The translations under genes and the position numbers were made by a program. Shown here piece after piece: positions 1 through 7,821 of a stretch of DNA of 60,449 bases. The stretch is from a virus. Taxonomy: Duplodnaviria > Caudoviricetes. Below the pieces are notes generated by a model. It saw only the letters and a list, made by a program, of their open reading frames with translations, made no database searches and was not told the DNA's origin. The DNA lies in the IMG/VR virus record IMGVR_UViG_3300037247_000601, positions 1-60,449 of that record. The stretch is one strand, 5' to 3'. Position 1 is the first letter of the stretch. Each line of letters opens with the position of its first letter.

Positions 1-127
1 CGATGGTCTTGGATATATCTACACCGCCGACCGGGGCTGTGGTGGACCAACTCTCGCCCACACAGGTGACAGCGACCTGCCCGCAGCGGAAAACCGCGCC
101 AACGCCGCGCTATACGCCGCCGCCCAC
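1..127. repeat. Terminal direct repeat (identical to 60323-60449); circular-assembly overlap
   Basis: Exact 127-bp identity of both ends; an ORF reads through the join. Confidence 0.95.
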
Positions 128-331
128 AACGCCGCCACCATTGCCGAGGATTTTGGCTACGACGGACAGGCCGCCGTGGAAGCACTGCCTGAAATTCTGA
201 GAGGCCTGTGGCGGATTGGCTACGAGCCACAAGGCAACCCAGAGGCCTCGCATAGCGGAGTCTTGACCAAGTGCGAAGACATAGCCCGCGCGCTTCTCAA
301 TGCCATCAAGACCAAGGAGCCCACGTCATGA
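2..331 (+). CDS. 3' part of small early hypothetical protein that starts at 60252 across the circular join
   Basis: Open frame DGLGYIYT...ARALLNAIKTKEPTS* continues the ATG at 60252; ATGA overlap with next gene. Confidence 0.75.
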   Translation, partial: DGLGYIYTADRGCGGPTLAHTGDSDLPAAENRANAALYAAAHNAATIAEDFGYDGQAAVEALPEILRGLWRIGYEPQGNPEASHSGVLTKCEDIARALLNAIKTKEPTS

Positions 332-546
332 TTATTGAGATCGCAACCGCAATCCATCACGCCACGGATGCGCTCGGCAAGGAACGTGAGGAAGATTGCT
401 GCGGGTGTTGGCACATCATCTTGAACGAAGGTGCCCGCTGGCCAGTCTATGCCCGCTGCAACGAGTGCGGCGAGTATAGAGAAATTGGACACACCGATTT
501 AGTCGAGATTCCGGCCGCGCCCGCCATTCAGGAGCCCACGCCATGA
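328..546 (+). CDS. Small Cys-rich hypothetical protein
   Basis: AAGGAG SD, ATGA overlaps at both ends, CxxC motifs. Confidence 0.65.
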   Translation: MIIEIATAIHHATDALGKEREEDCCGCWHIILNEGARWPVYARCNECGEYREIGHTDLVEIPAAPAIQEPTP

Positions 547-785
547 CCTTCTCCGCCGCCGATCTGGCCCGCCTACGCGCCATGGCCCGGCGCTTCGACG
601 CCGAGGAGGTGCGCTATCGCAAGTACGTGGCCAACGCCGGTTACGGCGCCACCGTGAACTCCGAGCAGATGGCCCGTGACGCAGCCGCCGATGCGCGCAC
701 GATCCGTCGGGTTCTGCGGCAGATCGACCCCCTGATCGAAGGCCCGCGCCAGACGCTCGCCGCCATCGCGGGCGCGGCGGAGTAG
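543..785 (+). CDS. Hypothetical protein
   Basis: AGGAG SD, ATGA overlap. Confidence 0.7.
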   Translation: MTFSAADLARLRAMARRFDAEEVRYRKYVANAGYGATVNSEQMARDAAADARTIRRVLRQIDPLIEGPRQTLAAIAGAAE

Positions 786-789
786 CGCC

Positions 790-1002
790 ATGCTGGCCGC
801 CACGCCCCTCGCGCACGCCACCGCGTCCTACTGGATCGCCTCGACCCTTTCCATGACGGCAAGCCGCGGCGGCTTCGAGGACATGCTGGCCATCCGGGCG
901 CTGAACGACATCCTGGTCGCGCCGCCCAGCGAGCGGCTGAAGTGCGCGGCCAGCGGCACGCTGGTCAGCACCGCGACGCAAGGGGAGTTGCGAGGATCAT
1001 GA
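790..1002 (+). CDS. Hypothetical protein
   Basis: GGAG SD, tightly packed in operon. Confidence 0.6.
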   Translation: MLAATPLAHATASYWIASTLSMTASRGGFEDMLAIRALNDILVAPPSERLKCAASGTLVSTATQGELRGS

Positions 1003-1595
1003 GACGCCTTGACGGCACCAAACACAATCGGCGGCATTCGCAACGCGGCTTTTGTGTTTATCCAGATTGCGAGCGGCGCAAATATGCCCGCGATTGGTGC
1101 CAGTACCATTACACGCGCTGGTATCTCACAGGTGATCCTTCCCCCGGCAAAAAGAATCCTTGGGGAATACCGGCCAACAAACGGTTTGATGATTGCATAA
1201 TGCCAGAGCCGAATTCTGGGTGTTGGCTGTGGACTGGTGCGGTCAGCTCTGAGGGTTATGCTGTCTTTGAGGTTGCGGGCAAACAGGTCCGCGCGCATCG
1301 CTTTTCGTATGAGCGCTATCGGGGCAAAATCCCTGGTGATCTCACAATTGACCACCTTTGCCGGGTTCGCTGCTGTGTAAATCCGAACCACTTAGAGGTA
1401 GTGACGATACAAGAAAACATTAGGCGACGCGAACACTGCAAGGGAGAGGCGAATGGGCGCGCGAAATTGACTTCTGAGCAGGTCTTGCAAATTCGCACTG
1501 CCTCACGGTCTGGCCCGGCACTGGCACGGGAGTTCGGTGTTAGTACGACAGTTATCTACAAAATACGCAGACACGAGCTGTGGGGGCACTTATGA
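999..1595 (+). CDS. HNH homing endonuclease with C-terminal HTH
   Basis: CWLWTG...RAHRFSYE...DHLCRVRCCVNPNHLE motif; GEANGRAKLT...LAREFGVS HTH. Confidence 0.9.
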   Translation: MRRLDGTKHNRRHSQRGFCVYPDCERRKYARDWCQYHYTRWYLTGDPSPGKKNPWGIPANKRFDDCIMPEPNSGCWLWTGAVSSEGYAVFEVAGKQVRAHRFSYERYRGKIPGDLTIDHLCRVRCCVNPNHLEVVTIQENIRRREHCKGEANGRAKLTSEQVLQIRTASRSGPALAREFGVSTTVIYKIRRHELWGHL

Positions 1596-1933
1596 ACCCC
1601 CGCAACATTGCAAAAGCCGAACCCGGGTTCTTTAGGGTCAAACAAACAAGGGGCGGGGTCTGGGTCGCAGCAATTGTGTTCAGACCGTGTCCGATAGAGT
1701 TCGAGCCCGAGACCTTCCAGGCCGTGGACCGCTGGCCCCACCTTGAGGCCGAAATCGACGGCAAGCCTGCAGACGTAGATCGGGTCTGGACAAGCGGCCG
1801 GCGCATCCCGATCGCCGAATACCTGTTCCTGAAAGACGACCGAGCCTGGGCGCGCGAGTGGGCGCCGCAGTCGCCCGAGGCCAACCCCAGGCAGCCGGTC
1901 GACTTCGACACGCTCCCGCCACCGGAATTCTGA
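1592..1933 (+). CDS. Hypothetical phage protein
   Basis: ATGA overlap, protein-like composition. Confidence 0.7.
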   Translation: MNPRNIAKAEPGFFRVKQTRGGVWVAAIVFRPCPIEFEPETFQAVDRWPHLEAEIDGKPADVDRVWTSGRRIPIAEYLFLKDDRAWAREWAPQSPEANPRQPVDFDTLPPPEF

Positions 1934-1943
1934 GGAGACGACC

Positions 1944-2192
1944 ATGAAACTCGAACGCATCACGATCCGCGCCGCCGGTCCCTACGATAAGTTCACCGGC
2001 TACGAGGGCGAGATCACATTCTCTGGAGTACGCGGCGATGTGAAGATCCGTACCGGCGATGAGATGAGCCGCCGCATCTTGGAGGTGTGCGCCGACGAAC
2101 TCGTAGCCGCTAGCCAGCAGGTGGCGCGCGAGTTGACCGCGAACATCATCGAGCAGGTCGCACAGTCCGCCATCGAAACCCCCGCCGAGTAG
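1944..2192 (+). CDS. Hypothetical protein
   Basis: GAGGAG SD. Confidence 0.75.
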   Translation: MKLERITIRAAGPYDKFTGYEGEITFSGVRGDVKIRTGDEMSRRILEVCADELVAASQQVARELTANIIEQVAQSAIETPAE

Positions 2193-2201
2193 GAGATCAC
2201 C

Positions 2202-3050
2202 ATGACCGACGCCACCCTGCCGCCCGCTGGCACCGACAACTTCGGACTCAAACCACCAAAGCCGCCAGCCCCGCCCGGAATAGGTGACAATTTACCGCCC
2301 GATGATGCCAACCCGCTCCAGGACCGTCTAACCGAGGACCATGCCGATCTCATGGCCCGTCGCGACGAGCTGCTGGCTGCGGCCGAGCGCACGCCGGAGA
2401 CGGTCGACGACGAGGAGATGAACAAGAAATTCGCCACCCTGGCCAAACTGCTCGCCGCCCTGGTCAAGAAGACCGAGACCGAGCGCGTCGGCGAGAAGGA
2501 AGTCTATTTGGCCGGCGGCCGGCAGGTCGATGGCTGGTTCAAGCAGATCACCGACCCTGTCAAGAAAGCCAAGGTGTCGATCGAGACGCGCCAAACCGAG
2601 TGGCAGCGCAAGGTGGCGGCCGAGGAACGCCGGCGCCGGCAGGAGGAGGAGCGCAAGGCCCGCGAGGAAGCGGACCGGCTGGCCAAGGAAGCCGCCGCGA
2701 GGGAGCGGGAAGCCCGGGACGCCAAGACCCTGGACGATGCGGTCGCGGCCGAGGAAGTGGCCAAGCAGGCCGCAGCGGATGCCGAGGTCGCCGCCAAGGC
2801 CGCGGATGCCAAGCCGGCCGACTTGAGCCGCACCCGCAGCGACGAGGGCGCGGTGGCGAGCCTGCGCACATGGTGGGACTTCCGGTACGACAGCGCCGAC
2901 GCTTTCCGCCGGGACCTCGACCTGGAGTCGCTGCGCCAGCATTTGGGCCTCGATGCCTTGGAGAAGGCGGTCAGGTCATTTGTGAAGGCCAACGGTCGCA
3001 AGCTGGACGGGGTTGAGATATTCGAGAATTCCCGAACCGTCAACCACTAG
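2202..3050 (+). CDS. Coiled-coil protein of the recombination module
   Basis: AGGAG SD; PGIGDNLPP motif, long E/R/A-rich helix; lies upstream of recT. Confidence 0.75.
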   Translation: MTDATLPPAGTDNFGLKPPKPPAPPGIGDNLPPDDANPLQDRLTEDHADLMARRDELLAAAERTPETVDDEEMNKKFATLAKLLAALVKKTETERVGEKEVYLAGGRQVDGWFKQITDPVKKAKVSIETRQTEWQRKVAAEERRRRQEEERKAREEADRLAKEAAAREREARDAKTLDDAVAAEEVAKQAAADAEVAAKAADAKPADLSRTRSDEGAVASLRTWWDFRYDSADAFRRDLDLESLRQHLGLDALEKAVRSFVKANGRKLDGVEIFENSRTVNH

Positions 3051-3059
3051 GAGGGCGCC

Positions 3060-3275
3060 ATGACCAAGCCGCTCTACAGGCGCGGACCACCGATCCGAGA
3101 TATCTGCGCTGTGGTGGCGCTGCTTGGTCAAGGTCAACGCTTCTATTGGGCATCCGACCCGCGCCCGAAGGCTCCCTTGATCTTGGCCGCAATGACCCTG
3201 AGAACACTAGAGAACGCAGCGCGAAGTGGCCACCTTCGGCTTGCCCTTTTGAGACAGGAGGATATCGCAACATGA
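3060..3275 (+). CDS. Hypothetical protein
   Basis: GGAGG SD, ATGA overlap with recT. Confidence 0.65.
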   Translation: MTKPLYRRGPPIRDICAVVALLGQGQRFYWASDPRPKAPLILAAMTLRTLENAARSGHLRLALLRQEDIAT

Positions 3276-4480
3276 GCACCCAAGTAGCAACCAAGCAGGC
3301 GCAGAGCCCCATGGAGGTGATGCGCACCCAGGTTCATAAGATCGAGATTGCGGACGTGTTGCCCGAGCATATCACGGAAGAAAAGTTCCGGCGCGTGGCC
3401 ATGACCGCCATCAACCAGAACCCGGATCTGTATAAGTGCGACCGCGGGTCGCTCTTAGGCGCGCTCTTGAACGCCGCCACTGACGGGCTGCTGCCAGACG
3501 GCCGCGAAGCAGCCCTGGTGCTGTTCGGGAAAACCGCCGTCTACATGCCAATGATCGCCGGGGTCTACAAGAAGGTCCGGAACTCTGGTGAGATATCCAC
3601 GCTCTCGTCTCACGTGATCTACGACAACGACGATTTTTCGTATTGGATTGACGAGGGGGGGCCACACTTGCGTCACGCCCCACTGTTATCTGGCGACAGG
3701 GGGAAGGTCACGGGGGTTTACGCGGTATGCAAGCTCAAAGACGGCAGTGTGGAAATCGAAACCATGACCGTCGTGCAGGTCGAGGAGGTACGCGCCGTCA
3801 GTCGCTCCAAAGGAGGGCCGTGGAACGATTGGTGGGATGAAATGGCGCGTAAGACGGTTGTGCGCCGTCTGTCTAAGCGCCTGCCTATGTCGAGCGACCA
3901 GGAGGGTGTCTTGCGCCGCGACGACGACATGTACGACCTGGACACCCCCACAGTCGAGGCGCCGCCCCGACCCCAGCGGGTCGCGCACCAGCCAACCCCG
4001 CCGCCCCAGGGCGAGGACCTGGACGAGCAGTACCGCCAGACCATGGCAGACGACGAGACAGAATCAGCCAGCGGTGAAACCAATGGGGACCATGACGGCC
4101 CAGGAGAAGAAGCCGCCACCGAGCAGGGCCGCAAGACTGTTAGCGCTGGGGCTTCCGACGCCAGCACTGGCAGCGTGAAAGCCCCTGCGCCCGAGCGTGA
4201 AGGTGCGGATAGCGCCGGGCAACCCTTCCTGGCCGAGGACGGCCGCGTGATCCTGTACGACGGCGCCGGCAAGGAGCTGTACCGCTATGAGCTCGCCAGG
4301 AATTTCTTCAAGGCCGTTAAGGCGCAGATCCCCAAGGACAACAACCCCCGCGCCTTCGTCGAGCGCGCCGCGCGCGCAGCCAACCACTTTGTCAGCAAGG
4401 ACGAGAGCCTGATGGACGTTTGGGACGAATGCGGCAGGGCCGCCACCGACGCCGAGGCCGCGCGGGACAACATGGAGTAG
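3272..4480 (+). CDS. recT: RecT-family single-strand annealing protein with long acidic C-terminal extension
   Basis: KFRRVAMTAINQNPDL..C...SLLGALLNAATDGLLPDGREA, GPWNDWWDEMARKTVVRRLSKRLPMS. Confidence 0.92.
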   Translation: MSTQVATKQAQSPMEVMRTQVHKIEIADVLPEHITEEKFRRVAMTAINQNPDLYKCDRGSLLGALLNAATDGLLPDGREAALVLFGKTAVYMPMIAGVYKKVRNSGEISTLSSHVIYDNDDFSYWIDEGGPHLRHAPLLSGDRGKVTGVYAVCKLKDGSVEIETMTVVQVEEVRAVSRSKGGPWNDWWDEMARKTVVRRLSKRLPMSSDQEGVLRRDDDMYDLDTPTVEAPPRPQRVAHQPTPPPQGEDLDEQYRQTMADDETESASGETNGDHDGPGEEAATEQGRKTVSAGASDASTGSVKAPAPEREGADSAGQPFLAEDGRVILYDGAGKELYRYELARNFFKAVKAQIPKDNNPRAFVERAARAANHFVSKDESLMDVWDECGRAATDAEAARDNME

Positions 4481-4538
4481 GCCATGACTGCCCCCCGCCA
4501 CATCACCGCCCAGCACCTGGCCGGGATGAGGAGTTGAG

Positions 4539-4769
4539 ATGATGCCCATTCCCAAGGAAGAACTGGACCACATGGCTGGTGAGGGCTGTATCGTCACCTA
4601 CCAGTACGGCTACGAGACAACGACCAACATTCTGGATGCCAGCTCGCTGGAAAATGAGGTTTGGCAGGAAGCCGCTTTCACGAACGGCCCACCGCTAGTG
4701 AAGATCACCATCGAGTTCGCGCCGGAAAAAGCGAAGAAACTGGTCGCGCAGCAAGCGCGCTCGAAATAG
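4539..4769 (+). CDS. Hypothetical protein
   Basis: GAGGAG SD. Confidence 0.7.
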   Translation: MMPIPKEELDHMAGEGCIVTYQYGYETTTNILDASSLENEVWQEAAFTNGPPLVKITIEFAPEKAKKLVAQQARSK

Positions 4770-4825
4770 AGGGAGACCACAACATGACGCCCCGCCATGT
4801 CAGGAAAGAATGAGGAGTAGAGGTG

Positions 4826-4936
4826 ATGAAATGGCAAGGCTGGATCATCACGGCAGACTGGTACGACGACATGGAATCAGGTCATTTCTGTGGTGCGGTC
4901 CATCGTACCAGGGTAGAGGCGATCATCCGTTTGTGA
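4826..4936 (+). CDS. 36-aa hypothetical protein (MKWQGWIITADWY...)
   Basis: GAGG SD; stop lies inside the junction repeat. Confidence 0.5.
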   Translation: MKWQGWIITADWYDDMESGHFCGAVHRTRVEAIIRL

Positions 4937-4947
4937 GGCTGACGATG
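4926..4947 (+). repeat. Junction repeat TCCGTTTGTGAGGCTGAYGATG (copies at 5063-5084 and 6064-6086)
   Basis: 17/17 identical core at 4926 and 5063, one mismatch at 6064; each precedes an ATG. Confidence 0.85.
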
Positions 4948-5058
4948 CTTGACCATACATGCGACGGCAAGTGCCCAGAATGCCTTCGATGGCAGCGGTG
5001 GCAGTTGTACTGCTGGCTCCGGGCCGCTGTCCTGCGGCGCCTGCTATATGGCCGGTGA
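4945..5058 (+). CDS. 37-aa hypothetical protein
   Basis: ATG supplied by junction repeat; CxxxCPEC. Confidence 0.45.
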   Translation: MLDHTCDGKCPECLRWQRWQLYCWLRAAVLRRLLYGR

Positions 5059-5081
5059 AATGTCCGTTTGTGAGGCTGATG

Positions 5082-5246
5082 ATGGCTGATGTAATTGAGT
5101 TGGAGGAGATTACGGTGTGTCCGGAATGCCACAGCCGAGAGTGGATTGTGGTTGAAACCCGATCATCTGGCGGGCCGTTCTGCCGCTGTGCTCAGTGTGG
5201 CTGGCAGGCTACATCCCGTTTCGAGGCTGAACAGGAAGATAACTGA
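5082..5246 (+). CDS. Small zinc-ribbon protein
   Basis: CPEC...CAQCGW; ATG in junction repeat. Confidence 0.65.
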   Translation: MADVIELEEITVCPECHSREWIVVETRSSGGPFCRCAQCGWQATSRFEAEQEDN

Positions 5247-5247
5247 A

Positions 5248-5688
5248 ATGGCCCACAGACCCCTCGAATACTGCTGCGCTTGTGACGCCCCGACTGGCCG
5301 TGCTGGGAAGGGCGAAGACAGCCTATATACGTCGAGCGGTGATCTCGGTCCGTACTGTGAGGACTGCTGGGATGACGTGAAATTCTGGCGTAAACTTGCC
5401 GAGCAGTACAGCTCCATGGTTGTGCGCAATAGCGACCAGATGGATTTCTTGGAGGCTGAGGTCGAGCGGCTGCGGGAGGCCCTGTTGAGCTACGCCGCAG
5501 TTCAATTTCTGCCCTCGAAATCCCCTGGTCAGATCCAGCGCGATCTGAGAGCCATCGCTGGCGAGGAGCATATCCACGTCGCCATGATTAGCGACAGCCG
5601 CTGTCTGATCTGCCGCCACGATCTGCGCCACGAAGTTCACACACGGCTCCCGCAAAAGTCCGCTTTAGACACCGAGGAAACCACATGA
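5248..5688 (+). CDS. Hypothetical Zn-finger/coiled-coil protein
   Basis: CCACD, CEDC, EAEVERLREAL, CLIC motifs. Confidence 0.7.
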   Translation: MAHRPLEYCCACDAPTGRAGKGEDSLYTSSGDLGPYCEDCWDDVKFWRKLAEQYSSMVVRNSDQMDFLEAEVERLREALLSYAAVQFLPSKSPGQIQRDLRAIAGEEHIHVAMISDSRCLICRHDLRHEVHTRLPQKSALDTEETT

Positions 5689-5693
5689 ACAAT

Positions 5694-5863
5694 GTCCGCT
5701 CACGGACGGCTTCTAGAGGATACTCTAGAACTCAGGAGCGCGCAGGGGGCGTGTCCGTAGTCCATCCTGCCCCCGGCTGCGTGGGAGAACAATCAGGCCC
5801 TAGGGGTACTGGTGCCGATTGGACGCAGCGCAAATTGACCCCCAGGCGGGTGCAATGCCCGCC
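5694..5863 (+). ncRNA. Candidate structured RNA
   Basis: Five consecutive stems, e.g. TTCTAGAG/CTCTAGAA and GCTGCGT/ACGCAGC; possible pseudoknot. Confidence 0.4.
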
Positions 5864-5892
5864 GCCGAATTTCTCCGATTACGAGGCTCCCG

Positions 5893-6087
5893 GTGACTAA
5901 AAAATGGCCACAACAAAATCCTAATCACCGACACCCGCTCCAGATAGAGAACGAGCGGCTGCGGGCGGAGGTCGCAGCATACGAGCGGCTAGTTGGCGGC
6001 ATGAAGCAGATGATCAAATCCTTCGAGGACTGTTCGGTTATCGGGCGGTGGAAGCCGTATGCGTCCGATTGTGAGGCTGACGAATGA
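5893..6087 (+). CDS. Hypothetical protein
   Basis: GAGG SD with GTG start; ENERLRAEV coil; ends in junction repeat. Confidence 0.65.
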   Translation: MTKKWPQQNPNHRHPLQIENERLRAEVAAYERLVGGMKQMIKSFEDCSVIGRWKPYASDCEADE

Positions 6088-6362
6088 CTCCATATCAATA
6101 TGCCCGGGCGGCGGAAAAAAACCTCGATCTGGGCTTGTCCGACGACCAGCGCATGGAACTGGCGCGACTGTTCCGGCTGGCGTTGGATCAGGGCTGTACG
6201 AGCTTTCGATGCGCGTTGGAGCAAATAGCAGAGGAACATGACGCAGGGCGGCACGACGGGCTCCCAGAACCCTGCCCGGCCTACGATGACCCCCATACAC
6301 CTTGGCTAATCGCCCGTGCGGCCCTGTCCGATATCGGACACCCGCCAGAGTCCGAAAGCTGA
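6084..6362 (+). CDS. Hypothetical protein
   Basis: ATGA overlap; IARAAL C-terminal motif. Confidence 0.7.
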   Translation: MTPYQYARAAEKNLDLGLSDDQRMELARLFRLALDQGCTSFRCALEQIAEEHDAGRHDGLPEPCPAYDDPHTPWLIARAALSDIGHPPESES

Positions 6363-6371
6363 GGATTAGAG

Positions 6372-6531
6372 GCTTTTCAAATGAGTGCTGCGGCCATCAC
6401 GCGAGGTGGTTTTATCCTGAAAAACCGAACAGCTTCGGCAGTAGTAGGTTTAGGCGGTATAAAAAAAGGTTCGCCCTTATCCGCCCGGTCGGTGAGCGCG
6501 CGCAAACCCGACCAGCACTCTTTTGAGAAGC
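6372..6531 (+). ncRNA. Candidate multi-stem structured RNA
   Basis: 19-nt closing stem (6372-6390/6513-6531) enclosing four hairpins, two with UUCG loops. Confidence 0.55.
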
Positions 6532-6553
6532 GTCAACAAACGAGGATTAGCTC

Positions 6554-6763
6554 ATGCCTAGATGGACACATAGAGCCTATGCGTGGTTGCTGGGATATTT
6601 CTGGCTTCCCTGCCCAATCTGTGAACGGAACTTTGGTGGGCATGAGGTCAGGGGCCTGGGGCTAATGAAAACCTCCGGAAGCGGGAAATGTGTCTGTTCA
6701 AACTGTCAAGCAGAGGCGGCACGGCTGAATGAGCAAAACTTCGGGATTCGGGTGCTCGAATAG
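6554..6763 (+). CDS. Small Zn-finger hypothetical protein
   Basis: GAGGA SD; CPIC...CSNC. Confidence 0.7.
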   Translation: MPRWTHRAYAWLLGYFWLPCPICERNFGGHEVRGLGLMKTSGSGKCVCSNCQAEAARLNEQNFGIRVLE

Positions 6764-6782
6764 GAGCCCTGGGAGCATCACG

Positions 6783-6968
6783 ATGGAACGGAAATGGATC
6801 GAAGCTATTTGCACGGAAGGCCCACGAAAAGGCCAGCGATTCCGCGCGCAGCCTGCTTACGTCGGATGGTCAGTACAGATGCCAGACGGGACATTGGAAC
6901 TGTGGGCTTGGCCGCTGTTGAGACGACCGAATTATCGCGGCGTTATTGATTTCAGCGCGGCATCATAA
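6783..6968 (+). CDS. Hypothetical protein
   Basis: GGAG SD. Confidence 0.6.
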   Translation: MERKWIEAICTEGPRKGQRFRAQPAYVGWSVQMPDGTLELWAWPLLRRPNYRGVIDFSAAS

Positions 6969-6981
6969 ACCAGGCAGAGTG

Positions 6982-7224
6982 ATGGACTTAGACAAGCTTT
7001 CTCCGGCGGCCCTTTCGGCGGCGATGCGCGGCGGAACGCTGAATTGGGGCCGACACGGCTCATCCATTGACCACGTTCGCTATGCCGAGCCCGCGCCATC
7101 GGAATCGCGGCGGCGCTGCCACTGTGGCTGCAAGCGCCGAGCGACACATGCCGGAATGGCAAATGGTGTCGCACTCACGATGGGCTGCGAACTGGCAATG
7201 GCCCGGTGGGTCCGCGGCGGGTGA
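6982..7224 (+). CDS. Hypothetical protein
   Basis: CHCGC motif, operon packing. Confidence 0.65.
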   Translation: MDLDKLSPAALSAAMRGGTLNWGRHGSSIDHVRYAEPAPSESRRRCHCGCKRRATHAGMANGVALTMGCELAMARWVRGG

Positions 7225-7250
7225 TGCCATAAACGAGCGAGGAGTGAGCC

Positions 7251-7727
7251 ATGAAACAACTATCAAAACACATGGGAATGGCTCTGAAAATGGCACGAGA
7301 GGCCGCCGATGAAAGCCTACACCGCTGGCCCGGGGGCTTCTGGACGGGCGATCCGTGGCGAGGAAGAGACGGCCCACGGGTGCCCCAAGAACACGTTGGG
7401 ACTGTGCAAAGTCCCGAACAGCTCAAGAGCACGCCCGGCGCTGGGATTACAACTACGAACGACGCTGGCGGGCTGTCCTTGGTAATTAACGACAACAAAC
7501 GAAGAGACGCAGACGTGATCCGTTTCAAGGGAAACAAGATCGTGCGATTTCTGCTGGACGCAGGACCGTTCGACCTAAATCAGTTGGCCCGGATGCCCTT
7601 CGACGCAGAGGACCACGAGCAGCTTGCCCAGCTAATCGGATACTCGGTCAGTGGATTTGGGGAGTTGTCATATGCCTCGGACGAGGCCATTGAAGCCGCC
7701 GACAAGTTGGCGGAAGAGGTGCCTTAA
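7251..7727 (+). CDS. Hypothetical phage protein
   Basis: GGAG SD; C-terminal RFKGNKIVRFLLD...QLAQLIGYSVSGFGELSY block recalled from other phage hypotheticals. Confidence 0.7.
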   Translation: MKQLSKHMGMALKMAREAADESLHRWPGGFWTGDPWRGRDGPRVPQEHVGTVQSPEQLKSTPGAGITTTNDAGGLSLVINDNKRRDADVIRFKGNKIVRFLLDAGPFDLNQLARMPFDAEDHEQLAQLIGYSVSGFGELSYASDEAIEAADKLAEEVP

Positions 7728-7786
7728 AAAGGAGCTTTTCCTTACATCCTGAGATCGCCCGCCAGTGCCGCGCGTACCACTTCATC

Positions 7787-7816
7787 CTGTGTCATAATTG
7801 AGGACTTATGAAGACT
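7787..7816. other. Putative Xer-type (dif/cer-like) recombination site
   Basis: CTGTGTCATAA-TTGAGGAC-TTATGAAGACT, intergenic where the two genome arms converge. Confidence 0.35.
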
Positions 7817-7821
7817 TTCCA

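Noticed and set aside
1-127. 127-bp terminal repeat as a biological DTR
   Set aside because: The length equals a common assembler k-mer and it falls mid-gene, so it is best read as circular overlap.
3-200. 65-aa Pro-rich ORF at window start
   Set aside because: Alternate frame of the gene that spans the circular join.
4926-6086. Junction repeats as a CRISPR array or integron attC sites
   Set aside because: Spacing is irregular, the intervals are coding, the repeats are not palindromic, and there is no cas or integron integrase.
6372-6531. Retron msr-msd or MITE
   Set aside because: No reverse transcriptase or transposase in the genome, and the direct repeats do not abut the inverted repeats. 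Kept as an unknown RNA.
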